Notes: generated by a model from the letters alone, not told the origin. A stretch of DNA of 19,722 nt from Alkalispirochaeta sp. (GCA_965242725.1 CBDESZ010000029.1:1-19722); one strand, 5' to 3'; numbered from the stretch's first letter, positions 9,450 to 16,920 are shown. Translations and numbers: made by a program.

Positions 9450-10064
9450 TCAGGTCGAAAGACGTTTGATCATAGAATAAACGGTATTGATTGGCAAGCC
9501 CATGACGGTGGAGTAGGTACCCTCGATACGTTCTACAAATGCGGCGGCGTGACCCTGAATTCGATATCCCCCTGCAACGCCGCGCCATTCATCGGTGTCC
9601 AGGTACCACCCCGTCTCCCCGGGAGTGAGGGTTCCAAAGGTGACGCGGGTGTGGGCAACCTCTTCAAGTGACCGGCCCGCCGGGTGCTGGGAAATAATGA
9701 CGGCCGTGTATACGCCGTGGGTTCGGCCGGAGAGGAGGGTCATCATCTCCCGGGCCTCTTCTCTGTCGGTGGGCTTGTCGAGAATCCTCCCGTCCGCGGC
9801 GACCACCGTGTCCGCCGCGAGGATCAGCCCCGCCCCGTTCTCCCCTTCGGTGACCGCATGGGCGGCGTCCATTTTCAGACGGCACCGGGCGAGGGCGACA
9901 ACCGCCGGCAATCTCTCCGGGGAGGTGCCGGTTTTCAGCAGTTCCCGTGGATCGATTGAGTCCTCGTCAACATGTACCGGAGAAACCACCGGTTCGATAC
10001 CGATCTGCCGCAGGAGTTCCACCCTCCGGGGGCTCGCACTTGCCAGTATGAGTTGTCCAACCAT
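9450..10064 (-). CDS. maf: Maf-family nucleoside triphosphate pyrophosphatase (YhdE-like)
   Basis: LILASASPRR..LL, VDE, LAADTVV, ILDKP, LSGRTH.V.T, AGGYRIQG, V.GLP. Start placed at ATG 10064 because the upstream extension overlaps the kinase gene. Confidence 0.93.
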   Translation of the reverse strand: MVGQLILASASPRRVELLRQIGIEPVVSPVHVDEDSIDPRELLKTGTSPERLPAVVALARCRLKMDAAHAVTEGENGAGLILAADTVVAADGRILDKPTDREEAREMMTLLSGRTHGVYTAVIISQHPAGRSLEEVAHTRVTFGTLTPGETGWYLDTDEWRGVAGGYRIQGHAAAFVERIEGTYSTVMGLPINTVYSMIKRLST

Positions 10065-10077
10065 TGCTGAGAACCTA

Positions 10078-10956
10078 TCAGGGATTGAAATCCAGGGGAA
10101 GGTGAACGGTAAAGCGACATCCCCTTTCATCCGGGAGTTCATCGATCGAAAAACTGCCGGTACCGGACGTGACGCTGAGATTTCCGCCCAGTTGGGAGCT
10201 CAAGGCATCGGCGATGGAGAGCCCCGTGCCGTACCGCTGATGGTCCATACCGACGCCGTTGTCTGTGACGGTCAATTCAATGGTATCGTCCCGCTGAAAG
10301 GCGTGGATTTCGATGGCGCCCTTGTCACCCCGAGGGTAGGCGTGAGTCACCGCATTTGTAAGCAGTTCAGACAAAATCATACCGATGTACACGCCCTGAT
10401 CCGGAGGTATGTGCACGGGGACGATCTCCTCCTGGAGAACGAGATGACGACGGGACGCCTCGGACGCGCACAGGCGGACGACCTCATGAAGTATCCGCGC
10501 GAGATCCACGGTGTCACCTTCGGCGTAGTTGTGTAACTCGTCCTGAATCACCGAGAGCGTCTCAATACGCCGGATATGGGCGGATACGGAGCTTTCCTCC
10601 TCTGAGAGACGGAGCAGAGCCGTAACGATTTGCAGATTGTTGCGAACCCGATGATTCAACTCCCGAATGAGCCGTTCCTTTTCGGAAATGACACGGGAAA
10701 GCTGGCGCTGCTTCTCCTTGAGCGAACTCAAGGTCGCGGTGATCCTGTCGGTGTACTGTTTCAGCAGGGTGAATACGAGGATCGTCGTGAGAAGAACGTA
10801 TATCGTACCTTTGTATGTCTGCAGCCGCGTGTAGACCTCGGGAGACGTGGAAACGAGGGCGACGATATAGTCCGAAGCGAGGATCCATATCGTGCCAAAC
10901 AGCAGATACACCGCTGTTATCACGAGGGGACCACGCCAGCGGTATGACTTGTTCAC
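10078..10956 (-). CDS. Membrane sensor histidine kinase, HWE/HisKA_2 type, 2 TM
   Basis: H-box RELNHRVRNNLQ, N-box ELLTNAVTHA, G1 DNGVG, G2 GTGL, two N-terminal TM helices. The ORF-track start at 11091 runs through the antisense of the tRNA. GTG 10956 (or ATG 10974) is more likely. Confidence 0.9.
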   Translation of the reverse strand: MNKSYRWRGPLVITAVYLLFGTIWILASDYIVALVSTSPEVYTRLQTYKGTIYVLLTTILVFTLLKQYTDRITATLSSLKEKQRQLSRVISEKERLIRELNHRVRNNLQIVTALLRLSEEESSVSAHIRRIETLSVIQDELHNYAEGDTVDLARILHEVVRLCASEASRRHLVLQEEIVPVHIPPDQGVYIGMILSELLTNAVTHAYPRGDKGAIEIHAFQRDDTIELTVTDNGVGMDHQRYGTGLSIADALSSQLGGNLSVTSGTGSFSIDELPDERGCRFTVHLPLDFNP

Positions 10957-10977
10957 AAGGCCACCATAACACATCCG

Positions 10978-11006
10978 TTGACTTATCACTATGTAAACGG
11001 TATGAT
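10978..11006 (+). promoter_or_regulatory. Sigma70-type promoter of tRNA-Arg
   Basis: TTGACT (10978-10983), 17 nt spacer, TATGAT (11001-11006), 10 nt upstream of the mature tRNA. Confidence 0.8.
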
Positions 11007-11016
11007 GCCGCAATCT

Positions 11017-11090
11017 GGTCACGTAGCTCAGCTGGATAGAGCGTCGGCCTCCGGAGCCGAAGGTCGTGGGTTCGAATCCCGCCGTGATCA
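11017..11090 (+). tRNA. tRNA-Arg (anticodon CCG), CCA not encoded
   Basis: Acceptor GGTCACG/CGTGATC plus discriminator A, D arm GCTC-AGCTGGATA-GAGC, anticodon arm TCGGC-CT CCG GA-GCCGA, T arm GTGGG-TTCGAAT-CCCGC. Confidence 0.97.
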
Positions 11091-11183
11091 TTTTTCCCGC
11101 CTTTCCTGAAGGATGCCTAATCTAAAAAGTGCCGTGTAAAAACGTCTCCCAAAATGACGCAAGAGCTCAACGGAGGTGCATGC

Positions 11184-12815
11184 ATGGCACATGGCGCACA
11201 CAACGGAGACCTGCCGACGGAACGCCTGAAGGCGCTTGAGAAGTCGGTGTTGGGTTTTTCCAGCCGATTCTGGAATCTCGTCTCGGTGACAAAATTGAAT
11301 GCTGCCTTTACCGGTGAAATCGTGCGGGAAACCGACGCGAACAGGGAGGCCCTCTCAAATACGGAAGCGGCGCTGCGGGAGATCAACCGGCAGGTCACCA
11401 ATATCGTGGAGGCGGCGGACCGATCCGAGAGGGAGGTTGAAGAGACGACCTCGTCGATTTCGGCGATCCGCGAGACGCTGAACAGCTTTTCCGGTGCACT
11501 GGAAGAGATGGAACGGCGATTCTCCGCCATGAGAAGCGCCTTTGAACTGGTCGACGACGCCGCCGGCAAGATCGGCGGAACGATTGGCGCCATTGAGGAT
11601 ATCTCGGACTTGACGAATCTTCTCGCCCTCAATGCCGCCATAGAAGCGGCGCGGGCAGGAGTACACGGGCGCGGGTTCAAAGTTGTTGCCGATGAGGTGA
11701 AACGGCTGGCCGATCAGAGCGGGGCCCTCACTGAAGACGTTTCGCACCGGCTGGCGGAACTGAGACGGCATGTCGGAGAAACCGTAGACACTATCGGAGA
11801 ATATGCGACGATGAAGTCACGCTTTACCACCCGCATATCCGACGCCGCAGGTGAGATGGTGAAGGCCATCGGCGCCATGGAAGAGGTGGAGCGACAAATA
11901 CAGGATGTTGCCCGGTCCGTGAGAAGTCAGCAGTCCTATATCGAGTCTGTGCACGATCAACTGGCCGGTGTGTCCCGTTCCGTCGAGAGTCTCCACCGTG
12001 CCAGTCATCACGTCGACACCAACCTCGCCACTGAGGAGGAGATGCTTGACCGTCTCGGTGCCGATGATACCGCCGTTCGTGACGGCCTTTCGCAGCTCTT
12101 CAGCCACGTCGCAAAATCCGGTGGCGGCCTCGGTGGCGAGGGACGAAACGTCGAGGGACACCATGTCGAAGGGTCCCGGACGGAGCTTTCCGGCATCCAC
12201 ATGGTCGTGGGACACGATCTGGCATATCCGCCGTGGTGCTATCTCGAGGACGGCCGGTCCCAGGGCATCAGCATCGACAGAATGAATGATATCGCCCGGG
12301 CACTTGATTTTGACGTCGTCTATCATCCCCGGCAGTTTGCGGACCTCTTCAAGGACTTTCGCGCCGGCCGGGTGCGGATCATGCTCAACATCGGCTGGCC
12401 CAACGACTATCTGCGGGATGCGGGGGTGATCGTCTCCGATCCCTATGCCCACTTTGAACCGGTGATATTCGTTTCCCGGGACAACGCACCTGAAGAAATG
12501 CAGTCGCCCGGCACCTTTGCCGACGCGCGTCTCGCCTGTCAGGCCGGCAGCTACGCGAAAAAGAGTATGGCCGCCTACGATCCGCACTATGTGTCGGTGG
12601 AAAACGATATCCAGGGCATGGCAAAAGTGATATGGGGGCGCGCCGATGGGGTGGTAACCGATCGTGCCGTGGGAACATACATTTCAAACCGTTTCTTTCG
12701 TGATTCCATCGTCCCCGCCACGGAGGCGCTGCAGAAGCTGGACGTGGTGATGGCGTTCCGGCCGGAGGACGAGGCGTTGCGGGACCGCATGAACGATATC
12801 CTGCGGACACGGTAG
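11184..12815 (+). CDS. Soluble methyl-accepting chemotaxis protein with C-terminal family-3 solute-binding (PBPb) domain
   Basis: Hairpin tip ISDLTNLLALNAAIEAARAGVHGRGFKVVADEVKRLA. C-terminal VVGHDLAYPPWCYLEDGRSQGISID...GRADGVVTD typical of SBP_bac_3. No TM or signal peptide. GGAGG SD 7 nt before ATG 11184. Confidence 0.9.
   Translation: MAHGAHNGDLPTERLKALEKSVLGFSSRFWNLVSVTKLNAAFTGEIVRETDANREALSNTEAALREINRQVTNIVEAADRSEREVEETTSSISAIRETLNSFSGALEEMERRFSAMRSAFELVDDAAGKIGGTIGAIEDISDLTNLLALNAAIEAARAGVHGRGFKVVADEVKRLADQSGALTEDVSHRLAELRRHVGETVDTIGEYATMKSRFTTRISDAAGEMVKAIGAMEEVERQIQDVARSVRSQQSYIESVHDQLAGVSRSVESLHRASHHVDTNLATEEEMLDRLGADDTAVRDGLSQLFSHVAKSGGGLGGEGRNVEGHHVEGSRTELSGIHMVVGHDLAYPPWCYLEDGRSQGISIDRMNDIARALDFDVVYHPRQFADLFKDFRAGRVRIMLNIGWPNDYLRDAGVIVSDPYAHFEPVIFVSRDNAPEEMQSPGTFADARLACQAGSYAKKSMAAYDPHYVSVENDIQGMAKVIWGRADGVVTDRAVGTYISNRFFRDSIVPATEALQKLDVVMAFRPEDEALRDRMNDILRTR
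12138..12176 (+). repeat. Imperfect 15-nt in-frame tandem repeat in the MCP interdomain linker
   Basis: GAGGGACGAAACGTC / GAGGGACACCATGTC / GAAGGGTCC encodes EGRNV-EGHHV-EGS. Confidence 0.6.
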
Positions 12816-12817
12816 AA

Positions 12818-12836
12818 ATACCGCCCATTGCGGTAT
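12818..12836 (+). terminator. Hairpin after the MCP stop
   Basis: ATACCGC-CCATT-GCGGTAT 7-bp stem. No U-tract, so termination is uncertain. Confidence 0.35.
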
Positions 12837-12879
12837 GTCCCGTATGCGTCGACAGGGACTCTGTGGTAAGGTCTTCGCT

Positions 12880-13488
12880 GTGGAAACAGGTAGTTCTATT
12901 CATGCCGGAGACGAAGCAGTATCGCACGGAACGGCGGCGGTTCCGGCACCTTCCCTGGCAAACATACTCGCCGTGCTCGGAGCGGTGGCGATGTTTTTCT
13001 CAACCCTCGAATTTCTCATTCCGAAACCGGTACCCTTTTTCCGAATCGGGCTTGCAAACATTCCGTTGCTCCTCGTCATTCCCACCTTTCGTATTCGACA
13101 CATTGTTGCACTCACCCTGCTGAAAGTCCTTGGTCAGGGCCTCATTAACGGAACGCTTGCGAGCTACGTATTTCTCTTCTCCCTCGGGGGTTCCCTTGCC
13201 AGTGTATTGGTCATGATAGCGATTTCCCGGGTGGGCGGACGGCATGTGACGCTGATCGGGGTCAGTACCGCCGGAGCGCTGGCGAGCAATATCGTACAGA
13301 TCGTCCTTTCCGTCGTCTTTATATTCGGCCCCACTTCATGGATCATCGCACCTCCCTTTCTCCTCCTCGGTACGATTGCCGGATTCTTTGTCGGCGTGGT
13401 GGCTGAGTATTTTCTCTCCTTTTCCCGGTGGATCGAGTTGCTGATACGCGATTATCGTCTGGTGGTGGCCGCCGGGGGCGTTGAGTGA
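12880..13488 (+). CDS. Gx transporter family membrane protein (PF07456 'heptaprenyl diphosphate synthase component I', EetB-like ECF S-type)
   Basis: LEFLIPKPVPFFRIGLAN, F.FSLGGSLAS, IGVS.AGA..SN..Q family motifs, about 6 TM. Start uncertain (GTG 12880 or ATG 12835/12844). Confidence 0.85.
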   Translation: METGSSIHAGDEAVSHGTAAVPAPSLANILAVLGAVAMFFSTLEFLIPKPVPFFRIGLANIPLLLVIPTFRIRHIVALTLLKVLGQGLINGTLASYVFLFSLGGSLASVLVMIAISRVGGRHVTLIGVSTAGALASNIVQIVLSVVFIFGPTSWIIAPPFLLLGTIAGFFVGVVAEYFLSFSRWIELLIRDYRLVVAAGGVE

Positions 13489-14120
13489 GTCTCCGCCGTC
13501 AAAATCCCTGGATGGTCGGCAATATCGCCGCGAGAGATCTCTTTATTGCCGGTATGGTGACGCTTCCCGCATTTCTCCTGCAGGAAAGCGTCATTATCCG
13601 TCTTGCCCAGGTCATTCTCTTCGGATGGTTTACCGTGCTGGCAGGCAAGCGGCTTTTATGGCTCTATTTCATCACAATTTCGATCGGTATAACCTTTTTT
13701 CACCTTCTCATTCCGACGGGTACCGTTCTTTTCGAAATCGCCTCCTTTCCCGTAACCTCAGGAGCGTTGCGCAGCGGAGTGTACAAGGCGCTGACCATCG
13801 TCGGAATGGTCTTTATTTCACTTGTTTCGGTCCGCGCCGATTTGAAACTGCCCGGGCGGGCGGGAATGGTTGTGGGAAAGCTATTCTGGTCGTTTGAACA
13901 GATCATGGAAGGGCGCGATACCTTGCGTTTTTCCGCTCCCCTGAAAAGCGCCGATGAACTGCTGGTGGGCGTCTATACGTCGCTGCGGTTCATGGACAAT
14001 GAGGTTGCGGAAACACAATCGCGTAAGGCGACGGCGGCTCGGTCGAGTCGTATCGGCATAATCGTACTCGTCCTTTGTGTACTGTCCCAATGGGTCCTTC
14101 TCTTTCTTCAGTCCGGATGA
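13485..14120 (+). CDS. Membrane protein resembling a degenerate ECF transporter T (CbiQ/FmnA-like) component
   Basis: Several TM helices with P.G.VLF.I..F.VT.GAL..G...AL segment seen in EcfT N-terminal regions. GTGA overlap with the Gx gene stop. Confidence 0.6.
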   Translation: MSLRRQNPWMVGNIAARDLFIAGMVTLPAFLLQESVIIRLAQVILFGWFTVLAGKRLLWLYFITISIGITFFHLLIPTGTVLFEIASFPVTSGALRSGVYKALTIVGMVFISLVSVRADLKLPGRAGMVVGKLFWSFEQIMEGRDTLRFSAPLKSADELLVGVYTSLRFMDNEVAETQSRKATAARSSRIGIIVLVLCVLSQWVLLFLQSG

Positions 14121-14145
14121 CCATTTTGAGAGGAATTGATATAAT
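14117..14145 (+). promoter_or_regulatory. Extended -10 promoter of the VOC gene
   Basis: ATGACC, 17 nt spacer, TATAAT (14140-14145) preceded by TG-A. SD AAGGAG at 14158-14163. Confidence 0.65.
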
Positions 14146-14172
14146 TCCCCGATCGAAAAGGAGCGCATCGGT

Positions 14173-15231
14173 ATGTACAACGTCCTTGTCAGTGGAATTC
14201 AACAACTCGGAGTGGGAGTTCCCAACGTAGACGAAGCATTTGAATGGTATCGAAATACCCTTGATCTGGACGTGCCGGTATTCAGGGAAGCGGCGGAAGC
14301 TCCCTACATGACATCCTATACGGGGGGAGCCGTCCAGAGCAGGGACGCAATGCTGGCGGTAAACCTCGCAGGCGGCGGCGGATTTGAAATCTGGCAGTAC
14401 ACGAGCCGCACGCCCGAGCCGCCGGAAAAACCGATCGAAATCGGGGATTACGGGCTCCTCGTCGGACGTATCAAGACACGGGGAGTGCATCAGGCGTACC
14501 AGCGGTTGCAGGCGCAGGGCGTGGACGTCCTTGGTGGTGTCCACGACGATCCCGAGGGCCGCCCCCGCGTCGGATTCCGCGATCCCTGGGGCAACCATTT
14601 TCAACTCGTGGAAAGCGACGACTGGTTTTCCAGGCCCCGCCGACAGACGGGAGGCGTTGCCGGTGCGGTAATCGGCGTCTCCGACATGGCTGCGGCGCTT
14701 GACTTCTATGCCACCGTTCTCGGCTATGACACCAAAATATATGATGAACACGATCTGTTTGCCGATCTTGCCTCCTTTCCCGGTGGAGACCGTCGATTGA
14801 GACGGGTACTCCTGACACGATCGGCCGGTCATGCCGGCGCATTCAGCCGCCTCTTCGGCGAGACGCGAATTGAACTCGTGGAAGTATCGGGGCATACGGG
14901 GCGACGGTCATTTGAAAACCGCTTCTGGGGTGATCTGGGATTCATTCACCTCTGTTTCGACATCGTGGGAATGGACATTCTCAAGACCCGCTGCGAGGCG
15001 GCGGGACATCCCTTTACCGTGGATTCCGGTTCCCGGTTTGATATGGGTGAAGCGGGAGGTCGGTTTGCCTATATAGAGGATCCCGACGGAACCCTCATTG
15101 AATTTGTGGAGACCCACAAAGTCCCGGTGATGAAAAAACTGAACTGGTACCTCGACCTGGAAAAACGGGGAATGGAAAAACCCCTTCCCCGATGGATGAT
15201 CAAGGCGATGGGGCTCGGTCGGGTGCGATAA
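14173..15231 (+). CDS. Tandem-domain VOC (glyoxalase/epimerase superfamily) protein, 352 aa
   Basis: GIQQLGVGV.NVDEA..WY, GFEIWQY, FRDPWGNHFQLVE, IGVSDM..A..FY..VLG, RIELVE, FIHLCFD, YIEDPDGTLIEFVE. Confidence 0.9.
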   Translation: MYNVLVSGIQQLGVGVPNVDEAFEWYRNTLDLDVPVFREAAEAPYMTSYTGGAVQSRDAMLAVNLAGGGGFEIWQYTSRTPEPPEKPIEIGDYGLLVGRIKTRGVHQAYQRLQAQGVDVLGGVHDDPEGRPRVGFRDPWGNHFQLVESDDWFSRPRRQTGGVAGAVIGVSDMAAALDFYATVLGYDTKIYDEHDLFADLASFPGGDRRLRRVLLTRSAGHAGAFSRLFGETRIELVEVSGHTGRRSFENRFWGDLGFIHLCFDIVGMDILKTRCEAAGHPFTVDSGSRFDMGEAGGRFAYIEDPDGTLIEFVETHKVPVMKKLNWYLDLEKRGMEKPLPRWMIKAMGLGRVR

Positions 15232-15308
15232 ACGACGCGGCAGCTCTCCGGGGGCCGTCCAGGGCGGTTGCCCGTTGGGGCGGAGGACGGGACGTCCTGC
15301 GACGTCAG

Positions 15309-15350
15309 TTCCCGGTGGCCGCGCCCGGAGGGCCGGACCACCGGAAATTT
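15309..15350. terminator. Strong hairpin between the convergent VOC and AOS genes (candidate bidirectional terminator)
   Basis: CCGGTGG (15312-15318) pairs with CCACCGG (15338-15344), with inner CCG/CGG and GCCC/GGGC. Flanked by TT and AAATTT. Confidence 0.55.
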
Positions 15351-15367
15351 CGCATAAAGAATAGTAA

Positions 15368-16696
15368 TCAGATTCCGTATACTTTGCGAATCATTCGGTC
15401 CTCGTCGTCCGTCATTGAAAGTCTGAGGCCCAGATTGTCCCGCATATGCTTGAAGACCGCGATCGTCTGCCGGACGTCCTCTTCTTCATGCATCGCCGTA
15501 GGAATCATCCGGAACATGAGCAGGCCCAGCGGAATGACGGGGTAGGCAATTGCAGTGACGAAGACGCCGTTCCGGCGCAGAAACCCTGACGTGGCGGCAC
15601 CGATCTTTTCAACTCCGTCTTCACCGACGGGGACAAAGACGGAACAGATCATAGACTCCCCGGGGCCGACATAAAATCCAAGTTCCTTCAATCCCGACTT
15701 GAGCTCGTTGCTGCGGGCCCACATTTTTGCCCGGCGGTCATCACCCGCCTTTACCAGGTCGAACGTCTTCCGGAGTGTCTGTACATAGACCATGGGCAGG
15801 CTTTTGGCAAAGACCTGGGTTCGTGCGTTATAGGCGATCCAGTCGGTCACCGCCTTGTCTGAAGCGGAAAAACCTCCGATGGAGGCAAAACTCTTGGCAA
15901 AGGTGCCGAAGTAGATATCGATATCGTCCTGGACACCGAAATGGGCCGCCGTGCCCTTACCCTGGGGGCCTATCGTGCCCCAGCCGTGGGCGTCGTCTAT
16001 AAATATCCGTGCCTCATACTTCCGCGCCAGGGCGGCGATATCGGCCAGCGGAGCCAGATCTCCGGTCATGCCGTATACGCCCTCGGTGACGATCATGACG
16101 CCTCCCTTGCGGTCGCGGTTGACCCGTTTGAGGACCTGTTCCAGGTTGTCCATATTATTGTGCTTGAACACGCGCAATTGAGCGCCGTTCATCGCCTGGG
16201 CCTGAAACGCGCCGTCCACGATGCAGGCGTGATCAAGTTTGTCCATGACGATCGTATCTTCTTTGCCTGCCAGCGCCTGGATCGTCCCGATGACACCCAT
16301 GTAGCCGTAGTTGAAGAGAAAGGCTGCTTCCTTTTCCGCGTGGTCCGCCAGTTCCCTTTCAAATGCAAGGTGGTATTCGGTGTTGCCGCTCATCATGCGG
16401 GAACCCATCGGTGAGCTTACACCGAAGTCATCGATCGTTGTCCGGGCCACGTCGAGAACATCCGGATGGTTTGCAAGACCGAGGTAATTGTTGACCGACC
16501 ACATAATGTGTTTTTTGCCCTTGAACTCCATGTGTCGGGAGGGGTTGGGCGGGAGCAGGGGGCGGGTGAATTCATCGTCGCCCATCGCCCGCATCTTGCC
16601 GAAATAGCCGCCGTCGGTGTGGCATTTTGCAAAGAGATCGGTATGACCTTCCGCCTTTGCGGCGCTATCCTGTTCTGCCTGTTCGTCTAATAGCAT
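15368..16696 (-). CDS. PLP-dependent alpha-oxoamine synthase, SulA/CapB-like cysteate acyltransferase (candidate 3-ketocapnine synthase), 442 aa
   Basis: WSVNNYLGLANHP, PMGSRMMSG, FNYGYMG, HACIVDG, EGVYGMTGD, DDAHG, GTFAKS (PLP Lys268), YNARTQVFAKSLP (Lys298), YPVIP..., RMIPTA.H. GAGGAG SD before ATG 16696. AOS family is near-certain, substrate is inferred. Confidence 0.85.
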   Translation of the reverse strand: MLLDEQAEQDSAAKAEGHTDLFAKCHTDGGYFGKMRAMGDDEFTRPLLPPNPSRHMEFKGKKHIMWSVNNYLGLANHPDVLDVARTTIDDFGVSSPMGSRMMSGNTEYHLAFERELADHAEKEAAFLFNYGYMGVIGTIQALAGKEDTIVMDKLDHACIVDGAFQAQAMNGAQLRVFKHNNMDNLEQVLKRVNRDRKGGVMIVTEGVYGMTGDLAPLADIAALARKYEARIFIDDAHGWGTIGPQGKGTAAHFGVQDDIDIYFGTFAKSFASIGGFSASDKAVTDWIAYNARTQVFAKSLPMVYVQTLRKTFDLVKAGDDRRAKMWARSNELKSGLKELGFYVGPGESMICSVFVPVGEDGVEKIGAATSGFLRRNGVFVTAIAYPVIPLGLLMFRMIPTAMHEEEDVRQTIAVFKHMRDNLGLRLSMTDDEDRMIRKVYGI

Positions 16697-16895
16697 TGTT
16701 CTAGTACTCCTCGGAAAATGCCGCCTCTCTGAACGTCGGCGACTTTCGGGTACTCTCGACAAAATTCGGATGTATGTCCATATCCCGGGTAGTGAAAGAC
16801 GACCGACGGGGAGACATTTACCGGTGAGTATCCCCGGCATCCCCGTCATGTGCGGAAGTCGACGCATAAATCGAGAAAAAAACGAAATTTTCAAA

Positions 16896-16920
16896 GTGAA
16901 TATCTGAACAAAAGATTCAC
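16896..16920. promoter_or_regulatory. Inverted repeat between the divergent AOS and TetR genes (candidate operator)
   Basis: GTGAAT-N13-ATTCAC in the AT-rich part of the intergenic region. Confidence 0.35.

Noticed and set aside
10957..11091. N-terminal extension of the kinase ORF (MITAGFEPTTFGSGGRRSIQLSY)
   Set aside because: It is the antisense translation of tRNA-Arg and its promoter.
11117..11165. Sigma28 promoter for the MCP
   Set aside because: TAAA boxes are present but there is no acceptable GCCGATAA at the right spacing.
11091..12815. Genomic island or prophage integrated at tRNA-Arg
   Set aside because: No integrase, no duplicated tRNA 3' end in the window, no obvious compositional shift.
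15368..16696. Annotation as bioF, kbl or serine palmitoyltransferase
   Set aside because: PMGSRMMSG and QVFAKSLP fit SulA/CapB better, and no bio or tdh genes are adjacent.
16700..16860. 6S RNA near rny
   Set aside because: The rod is short, has no clear central bubble and is separated from rny by TetR. Kept only as an unnamed structured element.
16697..16894. Upstream extension of the AOS ORF to 16894
   Set aside because: No family similarity, and a GAGGAG SD supports ATG 16696.
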